Shown: positions 37,886-48,060, counted from the stretch's first letter. The stretch: DNA of 61,105 nucleotides from an uncultured Candidatus Saccharibacteria bacterium (GCA_964482785.1 CAYZYR010000001.1:1-61105); one strand, 5' to 3'. Program-made: numbers and translations. Notes: generated from the letters alone by a model not told the origin.

Positions 37886-37916
37886 AAAAAGGCCGACTCG
37901 GGAGAGTCAGCCTTTT
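37886..37916 (+). terminator. rho-independent terminator closing the 36.9-37.9 kb cassette
   Basis: AAAAAGGCCGACTC-GGGA-GAGTCAGCCTTTT. Confidence 0.6.
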
Positions 37917-37975
37917 AACTTTTTCTCTTCAACACCATTAAAATTCATTTATTATATAATACACAATGACTAATC

Positions 37976-38536
37976 CTAATGTTTCATCTTCTGCAAGGCC
38001 CAAGTCAACCTCACCTGCATCCCATGCGCCTCGTCCGGAATGCATTTTATACATTCCAAAATCTCGCTTTGTTTATAACCGAGCTGCTCCAGTGCTGCCA
38101 CCAAGTCAGCATCTTCACCGCTCTCCTCTGGAATAAGATTTTCATTATTGCCAGAAATCTTACTTTTTAATTCCACGATTATTTTAGCCGCCAATTTTTT
38201 ACCCACTCCCGAAATCGTACATAGAAAAGTCGAGTCCCCAGTCATTATCGATTTTTTAACCTTATCAATACTACCCGTCGCGATGATCGCCATTGCCATC
38301 TTCGGCCCCACCCCAGAAACCGTCAACAAAACCTCAAAAAATCTCATCTCTTCAACAGTCGAAAAACCATACAAATCATTCACTTCTTCCTTTATATGAT
38401 GATGAATATAAAATCTTGTCTCGCTTCCCGTTTTAAAATCCCCCCAACAATATATCTTGTAGCCAATATTATTTACATCCAAAATAACCCAGCTGTCTTG
38501 CTGATAATCCACTTTCCCTTTTAGCATTCCAATCAT
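37976..38536 (-). CDS. ruvA: Holliday junction DNA helicase subunit RuvA
   Basis: MIGMLKGKV... OB-fold N-terminus and HhH motifs (VSGVGPKMA, ISGVGKKLA). The ATG overlaps the ROK gene stop (ATGA). Confidence 0.9.
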   Translation of the reverse strand: MIGMLKGKVDYQQDSWVILDVNNIGYKIYCWGDFKTGSETRFYIHHHIKEEVNDLYGFSTVEEMRFFEVLLTVSGVGPKMAMAIIATGSIDKVKKSIMTGDSTFLCTISGVGKKLAAKIIVELKSKISGNNENLIPEESGEDADLVAALEQLGYKQSEILECIKCIPDEAHGMQVRLTWALQKMKH

Positions 38537-39375
38537 CGCTTTGCTCCTATCATGTCTAGTCCCACTCTGCCCGCTCCCAACAACCCCGCCGTTTGAGCAT
38601 TCTGACTTACTTTTATCGGTAGGTATTTGATTTTTTCATAAACCAAATCAAAACTTTTAACCCCACTTCCATCCAGCAAGATAAGCTCCGGGTCAAACAG
38701 CATAATTATATTTTTAATCGCTGCTTTCAAATAATCACCAATATAAGCAAATATTTCCCTCGAGTCCTTATTTCCTTCTCTCGCCTGTTCGGCGATCTCT
38801 TCCAGACTTACCCCAACTCTCGACTTTATCGCTGCTCCACCAATCAAAGATTCCAAACAACCCCGATGTCCCATAGCACAATCCGGCCCGTCCTCATCCA
38901 CAATCATATGACCGATCTCTCCTGCCAGCTTACTATGTCCTCTATAAATATGATTATCGCAAATAATCGCTCCCCCTACCCCTGTTCCCCAAATAATCAT
39001 CGCCACATTTTTTAACCCCTTCGCCTCTCCTATCCAATGCTCTCCGATTAAAGCCGCATTTGCGTCCCTTTCCAACCCAACCGGCAGGTGATAACGATCC
39101 TCTAAAATTTCTTTAATTTTCACATTATGCAAGTCTGGCAAATTAGGCGGATTCAATATCATCCCCGCCTCCAAGTCAATCGGTCCAGGCACCCCGATCC
39201 CGATCGCCAAAATCTCCGGCTTTATCATTTTATCGATCAGTTCAATCAATCTCGATAACGCTGCCCCGTCAGCACTCATTGTACGGATTTTCTCTTGCTC
39301 TAAAATGTTGCCTTTTCCATCAATTATTCCCGCTCTAATATGTGTCCCGCCTAAATCTACTCCCAATACTCTCAT
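38533..39375 (-). CDS. ROK-family sugar kinase (glucokinase-like)
   Basis: The N-terminal VLGVDLGGTHIR ATP-binding motif and the CAMGHRGCLES zinc motif are present. Confidence 0.85.
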   Translation of the reverse strand: MRVLGVDLGGTHIRAGIIDGKGNILEQEKIRTMSADGAALSRLIELIDKMIKPEILAIGIGVPGPIDLEAGMILNPPNLPDLHNVKIKEILEDRYHLPVGLERDANAALIGEHWIGEAKGLKNVAMIIWGTGVGGAIICDNHIYRGHSKLAGEIGHMIVDEDGPDCAMGHRGCLESLIGGAAIKSRVGVSLEEIAEQAREGNKDSREIFAYIGDYLKAAIKNIIMLFDPELILLDGSGVKSFDLVYEKIKYLPIKVSQNAQTAGLLGAGRVGLDMIGAKR

Positions 39376-40319
39376 ACTGCCCCCACCGCTTTTACCGGTT
39401 CCAAAGACGCCAGTAACTCATTTATCTTCAAAGTTCCAGCGCAAAGAACCCGATCTGCTGCCCCATAGTAAATAATTAATTCACCATCCTTCTCAATCAT
39501 TCCACACGAAAATGTCACATTATCCACCACTCCGTTTTTTTCATAATCCTCTTCCGGCTCCAAAAATGGCTCTTGACTTCTGGCGATTACCTTGCTCGGA
39601 TCGTTCAAATCCAAAAGCATCGCCCCCTGTCTGTAAACATGCTGTTCATCGACTCCATGATAAATAAGCAGCCATCCCTCAGGCGTTCGAATAGGAGAAG
39701 GCCCAGCTCCAATACGATCATTGTCCCACATCCCTTCTCTTGGACCGGCTATTACTTTATTATCATCCCATCGATACCACGTTTCGCCAGAACACATACA
39801 AATATTCGGATATTCTCGATGTAGTAAATGAATTTTATCATTAATTCTCTCCGGGAAAAGCGCTCCATCCTTGCTATCAAGCTCGTCTATCACCACTTGA
39901 TCTCGCTCGAAATTTTTAAAATCCTTTGTCCTTGCCAATGAAACCCGTACTCTCCACGGCCGGTCTGTTGCCCACACCGGATGAGGATGATTTGGTGGAT
40001 AAAGCGAAGCCGCCACATAAACCAGATGGTACTCTTCATCAAAATAACAAATCCTCGGGTCCTCAATTCCCATCACCTCAAATTCATTATATTGTTCCGG
40101 TTCTAATAATGGTTTGTCAAAACGTTCAAAATTATACCCGTCCTGACTAACAGCCAATCCTAACCTTGAAATCCCGTCCTGACCGATCGCCCTATAAATC
40201 AGCTTTATTTCGCCTCCAACCTTAATTGCTGCCGCATTCAAAACAGCCTTAGCTTCCCAAGCCAAATCTTTCCTTGGTTGCAAAATAGGGTTTTTTTGAT
40301 ATTTATTAAAAATTTTCAT
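39372..40319 (-). CDS. GH130-family glycoside phosphorylase/hydrolase (beta-mannoside-type)
   Basis: NPIL...W..KAVLNAAA, GIEDPRI and a five-bladed-propeller-like pattern. The ATG at 40319 follows AAGGAG. Confidence 0.75.
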   Translation of the reverse strand: MKIFNKYQKNPILQPRKDLAWEAKAVLNAAAIKVGGEIKLIYRAIGQDGISRLGLAVSQDGYNFERFDKPLLEPEQYNEFEVMGIEDPRICYFDEEYHLVYVAASLYPPNHPHPVWATDRPWRVRVSLARTKDFKNFERDQVVIDELDSKDGALFPERINDKIHLLHREYPNICMCSGETWYRWDDNKVIAGPREGMWDNDRIGAGPSPIRTPEGWLLIYHGVDEQHVYRQGAMLLDLNDPSKVIARSQEPFLEPEEDYEKNGVVDNVTFSCGMIEKDGELIIYYGAADRVLCAGTLKINELLASLEPVKAVGAV

Positions 40320-40411
40320 CTCCACTCCTTGCTTGATCATAATAATTCCTCAGTCTTGCGTCAAGCTGGAACTTAAAAACTAGAGGGAGTTCTCCTCCCT
40401 CTAGTTCAGGT

Positions 40412-42871
40412 CTAATTTACAAATTTTCCAATCGGCGCTGCTTTTGGCCTTTCCTCTTTTTTCTCTTCTTTCTTCGCCTCTCCCATTGTCACTTCAACAA
40501 TGTGCATGCCGCTAGCATATGGCGGGATTACATTCCCCTCGATCGCTTTTCCGTCCACCATTATCGACGCGATCTGCGTCATCGCGCCCTGCGGATTTTT
40601 TATCTTAATAAAATAAGTCGCTCCCCTAAAAGTCCTTTTGACTTCATATTCCTTCCATTCTTTTGGAATACAAGGACTGATCTCTAATCCATCCAATGTT
40701 GGTTTAACCCCGCATATATAATCAATACAGGCTCTCCAGAACCAACTCGCCGATCCTGTACACCATGTAAAAGAACCACGTCCAAATTCAGGATGAGGCG
40801 GCCCGTAAACAAACTCCGAATAAACAAAAGGCTCTACCCTATATTTTTCCGGATTTTTCCCTCTCGTCATAAATGACGTTCTTTTCCACATCTCATAGGC
40901 ACGCTCACCCCGCCCCAGCAGACATTCAGCCACTACTCCCCATGAAACCGGATGATTAAATATCGCTCCGTTTTCTTTCGTACCTGGCGTAAATTGCGAA
41001 ATAATACCAAACTGCTTAGAAGGTTTCATATATGGCGGCGTAAACATCGTCGGGCCATATTCTGTCATCAAATTATCCCATACCGAATCCATCGCCATTA
41101 CCGCTCGCTCACCCTCGGCTACCCCCGACATGATCGCCCATGTTTGCCCATTAATATCAATTTTTGCTTCTTTATTCTTATTACTTCCGATCGGCGTCTT
41201 GTCTTCGTGTGTCGCTCGAATATACCATTTCCCATCCCAAAACTCTTCGTTTAAGGTCTTCTTTACTTTATCATATGTTCCTCTATATCTCTCTGCCAGA
41301 TCTTTTTGTCCCACTTTATCCAATATCGGCATCAGCTCCTTTAAATTCCAGCATAGTTGATTTGCCACCATCGCCGATTCGCCCATGCCCTCACCATTCA
41401 ATGCATCATTCCAGTCCGCCGTTCTCCTATGTGGAATTCCTCGTCTTGAGCAATGTTGCAAAGTATACTCGATCGCCCGCACCAAGTGCTCTAAGACCGT
41501 CGCTTCGCCGTAGTCCTTATACGGAACATATTCGCCCAAAAATGAAACATCGCCTGTTTCCTTAATAAACAATATTACTGCCATCACCAGCCACATCGTA
41601 TCATCTGAATGATTTGTGATCGGCCCTCTTTCTGCCAGCGGATCCCAGTTGTGAACCGTGTGTCCCTCTGTAAACTGATAAGACAGTAAAGTTAAAACTC
41701 GCTTCTTTGACAATTTTATATCATTCGGCAGAGTTCCCAATATATGCTGACTCATATCGCGATAGCCATAAATCGCCCCGCCGCCCACATAATACGAATC
41801 CATCAAAGACCACTGCACTGTCATCCACGCCTGATATTTATTCCAAAAATTCACTGAAATATTAAAATCCGGATCCGGCGTTTTCACTGTTACCTTTTCC
41901 AGATAATTCTTCCACCAAGCCAGCAATTCTTCGTACGCTCTCGCCACTGCCCCATGGTCCTGATATTTCTTGACTAATTTTTTCTCAATTCCCAGATTAT
42001 CAAACGACCATTCCTGTTTTTTTAAATCATAATTTTCTCTCTTTTCTGCACCTAAAATAACATCAAATATAAACTCTTCTCCCGCCTCAAGAGTAATATT
42101 TTTTTGCAATGCCCCCACTGAATGATGTCCATCGCCCTGGCTTCCATGCAACTTCCCGTCTAGCACTGATTTTGGATGCCCTATTGATCCATACATACCC
42201 GTAAATTTTTCTTTATAACAATCAAATCCATCTACCGTGGTATTAATCGTCAAAAATGCCACCTTATCCCAAGGAACTCCTACTGCGTCCGGTCTATCCC
42301 AGCGCCTTTTTGTCCCATATATCACTCCATCTTCATAACTTAAATCATTAAATAAATCATTAAAACTCGCCTCCGCCAAATTAGCATGATGATTTCCCAA
42401 GCTCCATTCCACATAAACAAACAAAGACAAATTTCTTTTCTTTGTCGACTTGTTTTTTACTTTTGCCATCCAAAGTTCACACGTATCCTTTAGTGGCACA
42501 AAATAAGTTACATCTCCTTCTATTCCATTAGTAATGCAATTAACTTTCGTATATCCGATCCCATGCCTCGCTTCAAAAAACTCCGGCTTCACACAAACCG
42601 GCTGCCAAGTCAAACCCCAGATTTCACCCGTATCATTATCCCTCACATAGATATATCTGCCCGGCCGATCATATATCAACCCCTCGCCCGGCTGTTCTTT
42701 TAAAATTCGATTATAGCCGGCATCCCCAATCCAAGAATATCCGCCGCCTGTTTGCGAGATAAGTGCCATGTATTCACCATTAGTAATATGATTTACCCAT
42801 GGTTTAGGCGTATCTGGTCTAGTAATGATATATTCATCACCTAATTTTGAAAAATGACCATAATTTGGCAT
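40412..42871 (-). CDS. GH94-family glycoside phosphorylase (cellobiose/cellodextrin/chitobiose phosphorylase-like)
   Basis: The N-terminus YGHFSKLGDEYIITRPDTPKPWVNHI...GGGYSW...GRYIYVRD follows the GH94 N-terminal pattern. Length is 819 aa. RBS is TAGGAGG. Confidence 0.8.
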   Translation of the reverse strand: MPNYGHFSKLGDEYIITRPDTPKPWVNHITNGEYMALISQTGGGYSWIGDAGYNRILKEQPGEGLIYDRPGRYIYVRDNDTGEIWGLTWQPVCVKPEFFEARHGIGYTKVNCITNGIEGDVTYFVPLKDTCELWMAKVKNKSTKKRNLSLFVYVEWSLGNHHANLAEASFNDLFNDLSYEDGVIYGTKRRWDRPDAVGVPWDKVAFLTINTTVDGFDCYKEKFTGMYGSIGHPKSVLDGKLHGSQGDGHHSVGALQKNITLEAGEEFIFDVILGAEKRENYDLKKQEWSFDNLGIEKKLVKKYQDHGAVARAYEELLAWWKNYLEKVTVKTPDPDFNISVNFWNKYQAWMTVQWSLMDSYYVGGGAIYGYRDMSQHILGTLPNDIKLSKKRVLTLLSYQFTEGHTVHNWDPLAERGPITNHSDDTMWLVMAVILFIKETGDVSFLGEYVPYKDYGEATVLEHLVRAIEYTLQHCSRRGIPHRRTADWNDALNGEGMGESAMVANQLCWNLKELMPILDKVGQKDLAERYRGTYDKVKKTLNEEFWDGKWYIRATHEDKTPIGSNKNKEAKIDINGQTWAIMSGVAEGERAVMAMDSVWDNLMTEYGPTMFTPPYMKPSKQFGIISQFTPGTKENGAIFNHPVSWGVVAECLLGRGERAYEMWKRTSFMTRGKNPEKYRVEPFVYSEFVYGPPHPEFGRGSFTWCTGSASWFWRACIDYICGVKPTLDGLEISPCIPKEWKEYEVKRTFRGATYFIKIKNPQGAMTQIASIMVDGKAIEGNVIPPYASGMHIVEVTMGEAKKEEKKEERPKAAPIGKFVN

Positions 42872-42897
42872 TAATCCTCCTAACTCAAAGGTTTCGC

Positions 42898-43881
42898 TTA
42901 TTTAAATAGTTCATTATCTCTAGCCTCGAGTGCCAGCTCTAAGCTCGTTTTACCTTCTTCCAGTGAAACTCTTGGCCTAAATTCCGGACTCTCAATCTTT
43001 CGCACCAAATCTCTCATCACATCCTTTACTAATTCTCGATAATAAGCATCTTTGCTCACGCTTATCTTTTCTTCCTCCACAATAATCTCGCCCCATTCAT
43101 TCTCGTACTCCATCTTAAACGACATCGGGATCCAGCCATTCACCTCAATATAACCTTTTTCAAAAATAAACTTCCCCCAATTCCTCTCCAGATTCTCCGG
43201 TTTGTCAAAAGCGTGGTAAAAAGTAGCAATCACTCCTCCAGGATACTCAACCACAGCCAATGTTTCTCTCGGTGATGGTGTATAAGAGGCCGCTTTTGTC
43301 GGCACTTGTCCTACTACCGATGTAAAAATATCAAAAAAATGAACCCCATGCTCAACCAATAGTCCGCCACTAACATTTTTATCAAATAACCAATGCGAGT
43401 CAGGCAGATGCCCACTAGCGTAATTTTCAAATAATATTCTCTTTAGCTTCCCCAATTTTCCTGATTTCGCCACTTCCTTCACTCGCACATAAATATTAGT
43501 GTATCTCATCACGTATCCAATAGTCGCCACCACCCCGTATTCATCCGCTGTTTTAATTATGCTTTCAGCCTGTTCCTTAGAGATAGCTAAAGGCTTTTCC
43601 ACTAGAAACGCCTTTCCCGCTCTAGCACATTCAATCGCCATTTCTGCATGCAAATCAGGCGGAGTCATAATTGCTACAATATCAATTTCTGGATCGTTAA
43701 CAATCTCCTTATAATCAGTTGCAGCTTTTGGAATTGAAAATTCTTTAGCAAAATTTTCCACCGCTTCCTTGTTGCGCGCTGATACTGCCACCACCTCAAC
43801 TTCTTTCATTGACTGATAGTTTTCTACACAAAAACGACCAAACCCGCCGATCCCAATCGCGCCGATTTTATAAACTTTCAT
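42898..43881 (-). CDS. Gfo/Idh/MocA-family NAD(P)-dependent oxidoreductase
   Basis: The N-terminal Rossmann motif IGAIGIGGFGRF and the EKP motif (FLVEKPLA) are present. Confidence 0.85.
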   Translation of the reverse strand: MKVYKIGAIGIGGFGRFCVENYQSMKEVEVVAVSARNKEAVENFAKEFSIPKAATDYKEIVNDPEIDIVAIMTPPDLHAEMAIECARAGKAFLVEKPLAISKEQAESIIKTADEYGVVATIGYVMRYTNIYVRVKEVAKSGKLGKLKRILFENYASGHLPDSHWLFDKNVSGGLLVEHGVHFFDIFTSVVGQVPTKAASYTPSPRETLAVVEYPGGVIATFYHAFDKPENLERNWGKFIFEKGYIEVNGWIPMSFKMEYENEWGEIIVEEEKISVSKDAYYRELVKDVMRDLVRKIESPEFRPRVSLEEGKTSLELALEARDNELFK

Positions 43882-43914
43882 AAACCCTCCATATCATGTT
43901 TCAATCATAACATT

Positions 43915-44964
43915 TTATCGAGCTTGAACAAGTTTTTCCCGATCTTGTTCCAGTTTCACCATTACCAAATAGGCCAAAATATAACACACTATCGATTCTG
44001 CTCCCTGATTTAGATTTACTCCCCCATCAGTTAATCCATCAAATATCCCATCCGTTTTCTCGTCTATCAGAGATCTTTTTTGAATATTGTTCCCCGAAAA
44101 CCAGCCCCACCACAGTTCCGCCGCTTCAGCATATTCTTCTTCTTTTGTTAGTTTAAAAGCCAGAGCATGTGCCAATACCATATCTGCCGCATCAACCACC
44201 TGTTGGTCATAAATTGCCTTTTTTCGTCTTTTTAAATACCACCCGTTTTGTCCAATCGGCGCCGGGACGCCTTCAAATAAACATTTATTATGAAGGAATT
44301 TTAAACTCCTCAATCCTATTTTCTTGTAAACCTTATCTCCAGTCAATTTGTAAGCCAACATCATAGCATAAGGCATAATCGCATTTGAATAAGTCAAATG
44401 ATCCTCAAACCATTGCCACGACTCCGTTTCGTGCTCCATATAATCTTTTACCAAAGTATCTGCTATCTTCTTCACCTTTTTCTTATCACCCACAAAATAA
44501 TATCCCAGCATCGAGAAAGCTTTTGCTCTTTCATATTTAATAGATCTCAGATCAAATCTAAAATTATCCAAAATAACCAATGCTTTTTTGGATAATTCTT
44601 TCGAAATCTCCGGCTTGCTCGCCACATATCCCAAAGCCCATATTGTCCTACCTTGCGAATCTTGCGACCCGCACAAATCTATGAAGTTACCATTTGAGCT
44701 GGCAAAATTATGGAAAAATCCTGAAGGCATTTGTGCTCTTTCAATATATCGCAGGTATATTTTTGCCAAATCAAGCACTTTTGCATCACCATATATTTCA
44801 TAGTATTGAAAACAAGCGATCAACATTCTGGCATTATCATCAATAGAATAACCAAATTTTTTATCTGGTTCACTAAAACGACTATGCTGGTATAATCCCT
44901 TTGGCGTAGTTAATTTATATATGTGTTTGAGAGACGGCGGGGTCATCAATAAGGTTTTTGTCAT
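43915..44964 (-). CDS. hypothetical protein, possibly (alpha/alpha)6-barrel glycosidase-like
   Basis: 349-aa ORF overlapping the GT4 gene end by up to 50 nt. The helical-repeat composition (..DDNARMLIA.., ..GRTIWALGYV..) suggests the fold, but the assignment is tentative. Confidence 0.5.
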   Translation of the reverse strand: MTKTLLMTPPSLKHIYKLTTPKGLYQHSRFSEPDKKFGYSIDDNARMLIACFQYYEIYGDAKVLDLAKIYLRYIERAQMPSGFFHNFASSNGNFIDLCGSQDSQGRTIWALGYVASKPEISKELSKKALVILDNFRFDLRSIKYERAKAFSMLGYYFVGDKKKVKKIADTLVKDYMEHETESWQWFEDHLTYSNAIMPYAMMLAYKLTGDKVYKKIGLRSLKFLHNKCLFEGVPAPIGQNGWYLKRRKKAIYDQQVVDAADMVLAHALAFKLTKEEEYAEAAELWWGWFSGNNIQKRSLIDEKTDGIFDGLTDGGVNLNQGAESIVCYILAYLVMVKLEQDREKLVQAR

Positions 44965-46183
44965 TTGTTTTACCCAATTTGACTTCTTTGGTGATAAGCC
45001 AAAAAAGATTTAAATGTTTTAAAGCGACGTTTGACCAAATCATCGTTCTACCGTATGCGTATGCTTTTTTTTCAATTGCTCTTCTTTTTTCCGGATTATC
45101 TAATAATTCATTAATTCTTTTTGCAATTAAATCTGGATTTTTAAACGGCACCAGTACACCTCTTTCCTCGTCAAGCACTTCTGTCGCATATAAATATTCC
45201 GTCGAAACACATGGCCTGCCCGCTCCCAATGCATAAGACAGTGTTCCGGAAGTTATCTGTTGCGGGTCAAGATAAGGTGAAATATACAAATCCGATGCTC
45301 TTAGATACAATATTAACTCATCCAAGGACAAATATCTATTGATAAATTCCACATTATTTTGAATATTTTTATCTTTTATTAGTCTTTTAAGACTATCCCT
45401 GTATTTTTCCCCGTCCTTTTTCTTCAAGTTCGGGTGCGTCGCCCCGATAATCAAAAATTTCAAGTCCGGATATTTCTCTACCACTTTCGGCAAAGCTTCA
45501 ATCACATATTCAATCCCTTTACCCGGGTTTATCAATCCGAAAGTCGATAAAGTCGTCTTTCCCTGTAAACCCAGTTCATTCTTAAAATGAATTGTCGGCC
45601 CGTATGCAATATCAGGCACACCATGTGGAATAACTACTACTTTTTCTTTTGGAATGCCATAAACACTGGCCAAACGATCTGACGCCGCTCCAATCATTAC
45701 TACGATCGCTGTAGCGTATTCAGCAATTTCTTGCACGATTTTCTGTCTTTCCTCACCCGGCTCTTCCAAAACCGTATGAAACGTCACCACTATCGGTTTT
45801 TTAATCTGCTTCATAAAATCTACCACATATGACCCATGTCTACCGCCAAAAATCCCAAATTCATGTTGGATATGAATAATATCAGCGCTCGACTGGTTGA
45901 TGTAGTCTGCCGCTTTGGCGTAACTATCCAAATCGTCTTGCTTTACTCTATATTTTACTTCCCAAGGATATTCTCTCTCATCCGACTCACTCTCATCTAT
46001 CGCCATGATCTCAGCCAAACAAAGAGGATTAAGTACATTAATCGCTGTTGTCAAATCTTTCGTGAAAGTAGCAATACCGCATTCTCTCGGTATATAACTA
46101 CCTACGTAAATAACCCTCGCAACTTTTTCCTGTTGTGCCAATTTAATACCCAATGAATTTTCTGTCATGTTAAACCTTTTCAA
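44915..46183 (-). CDS. GT4-family (GT-B) glycosyltransferase
   Basis: The N-terminal YVGSYIPRECGIATFTKDL and the C-terminal E-x7-E-type region (..EERGVLVPFKNPD..) are present. Confidence 0.8.
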   Translation of the reverse strand: MKRFNMTENSLGIKLAQQEKVARVIYVGSYIPRECGIATFTKDLTTAINVLNPLCLAEIMAIDESESDEREYPWEVKYRVKQDDLDSYAKAADYINQSSADIIHIQHEFGIFGGRHGSYVVDFMKQIKKPIVVTFHTVLEEPGEERQKIVQEIAEYATAIVVMIGAASDRLASVYGIPKEKVVVIPHGVPDIAYGPTIHFKNELGLQGKTTLSTFGLINPGKGIEYVIEALPKVVEKYPDLKFLIIGATHPNLKKKDGEKYRDSLKRLIKDKNIQNNVEFINRYLSLDELILYLRASDLYISPYLDPQQITSGTLSYALGAGRPCVSTEYLYATEVLDEERGVLVPFKNPDLIAKRINELLDNPEKRRAIEKKAYAYGRTMIWSNVALKHLNLFWLITKEVKLGKTNDKNLIDDPAVSQTHI

Positions 46184-46322
46184 TTTAGGTAAAATATACT
46201 ATGATTTACCTGTTGTTTATGTATCACACAGTTTGAAGTATAAATAGATAATATTGAAAAAACTCCAAAAAGTCAATGTCTAATCAATCTATTATCAGGT
46301 TAAATACCTCCGCAGGAGCCAG

Positions 46323-47339
46323 ATGACCAAATATGATTACAAATCCCTAAAAAATATCGATCAAAAGCTCGAAAATATCATCACTAAGCTCAACCTTGAG
46401 GACACTCCACCGGTGGTTGATTTTCTCATCTCAAAAAGCAAATTCTATTTTGCCACACCTGTCTACAAAAATCAGAAAGTGATTTTCAAAGCTCGTATCG
46501 CCGACCATCGTGTCTTAAAAAAATCCGGCAAACAATTTCAAATCGAGCGAAGATTTATCCATAATTTACAGAAATATTATTCTCGCGAGCCTCTCGTCAG
46601 CCGCATCCCACGCTGTCTCGCCTCCCAACACAAAGATTTCGAATGGATGATTTCCGAATTCATCGACGGTCAAACCATCGGTCAAAATATGCTCTCTTTT
46701 GAAAATCCGGATAAACAGACCATCAACGAAATCATCAATTTACTTTTAGATATTCAATCTTTTCCCATGACCGAATTTATCCAAAAACATAAATGGACAT
46801 CGGCTATGCGCCGGAGTAATTATGAAAGATATGAGCGCTCTTATTATAAATTTACTAAAAATTATACTTCTATTCTCTCCAAATTTTTATCCGCTAAAGA
46901 CCTCAAAAAAGCCAAAGAAATCCTTCTTTCTCACAGCGATCTGATAGACGATTCTTGCACTATTTTGGCCCATGGCGATTTTCAACCAACTAATATTTTT
47001 ATAAGCCACGATCAGGCTGTCGCCATCGACTGGGAAAGCCTCTGTCTTGGCAACTCCGCTATCGATATTGCCACTCTTTGGCAGAGAATGACATCAGATC
47101 CTACCCTGCGCCAATATTTCCTTCAGGAATCCTCAAAAAGTTCTGTTCAAAAAGACAACTTCCCACAATTATTCCAGACAAACATTCTCATTACTCTTAT
47201 GGGTGAATTCGCCATTTGGCAAAGCGAACTCGAAAACGACAATCCGGACACTCAAAAACTTGCCCGGCAATCACTGGAATTATGTTACAATAACTACATG
47301 CAGGCTTTAAATGGTGAAAAGATAGAAAATTATGAATAA
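46323..47339 (+). CDS. APH/choline-kinase-fold phosphotransferase (kinase K1)
   Basis: A beta3 Lys context VIFKARI, catalytic loop HGDFQPTNIF and metal-binding IDWES. RBS is AGGAG. Confidence 0.8.
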   Translation: MTKYDYKSLKNIDQKLENIITKLNLEDTPPVVDFLISKSKFYFATPVYKNQKVIFKARIADHRVLKKSGKQFQIERRFIHNLQKYYSREPLVSRIPRCLASQHKDFEWMISEFIDGQTIGQNMLSFENPDKQTINEIINLLLDIQSFPMTEFIQKHKWTSAMRRSNYERYERSYYKFTKNYTSILSKFLSAKDLKKAKEILLSHSDLIDDSCTILAHGDFQPTNIFISHDQAVAIDWESLCLGNSAIDIATLWQRMTSDPTLRQYFLQESSKSSVQKDNFPQLFQTNILITLMGEFAIWQSELENDNPDTQKLARQSLELCYNNYMQALNGEKIENYE

Positions 47340-48060
47340 AGACTTTAAAGAAAAAAGAAACTTCATTGATCCTCTAAGCGACCACAAAAAAGGAATTGTC
47401 TTCTCCAGGAAAATGCCGGAGAAGTCAATTTTTGACCAACCTTTTCTTTCCCAAGAAAGAGAAAAATCAAAAAACCAGCCCACAGTCTGTTTTGATCTCG
47501 ACGGCACTATCCGCGGCTGGGATGGCATAAAGTTTGAAGGTTTTCTAAGAAAAAACTTAAAACCACTCCTTAAACATCTCAAACAAAATGGTTATCGATT
47601 AGTCATTTGGAGCGCCACCACCAAAGATTCCCTCCAGCAAACTATTAACAAATATCCGGAATTGGAAGAATATTTTGACACTTTTATTGCCGCCGAACAT
47701 TTTTGTTTCAAATTTTTATCCGAAGATCAAAAAAATTTAGCCAGGAAAGAAAATCCTGATTATTACCAGTGGCTCTATGATCTGACAGATGAGAAAGGTT
47801 CAAAAATTTCAAACCCCTTATTTAGACCGCCAAAAAATATAAAATTTTTAAAATATAAAATTCTAATTGACGACAATCCCAATATCGTTAAAGAAGCCAA
47901 TCACTTTAAATATGATTATATTAAATTATTTACTTATGCTTACAAAAATCCGGACATAAAAAAAGACTTCCCCAAAAAGCTTGCAAGAGAATTGGAAGAA
48001 AATTTCAAACTAAACCTAGTTAGATTGATAGAGACTTATATGGAAAAACAGCATGCCTAA
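47332..48060 (+). CDS. FCP1/SCP (NIF)-like HAD phosphatase (P1)
   Basis: DxDxT motif CFDLDGTIR, motif II LVIWSATT, and ..KILIDDNP.. The ATG overlaps the K1 stop (ATGAATAA). Confidence 0.75.
   Translation: MNKDFKEKRNFIDPLSDHKKGIVFSRKMPEKSIFDQPFLSQEREKSKNQPTVCFDLDGTIRGWDGIKFEGFLRKNLKPLLKHLKQNGYRLVIWSATTKDSLQQTINKYPELEEYFDTFIAAEHFCFKFLSEDQKNLARKENPDYYQWLYDLTDEKGSKISNPLFRPPKNIKFLKYKILIDDNPNIVKEANHFKYDYIKLFTYAYKNPDIKKDFPKKLARELEENFKLNLVRLIETYMEKQHA

Noticed and set aside
40502-41565. Plus-strand ORFs within the GH94 gene.
   Set aside because: They are antisense to a 819-aa gene with clear family motifs.
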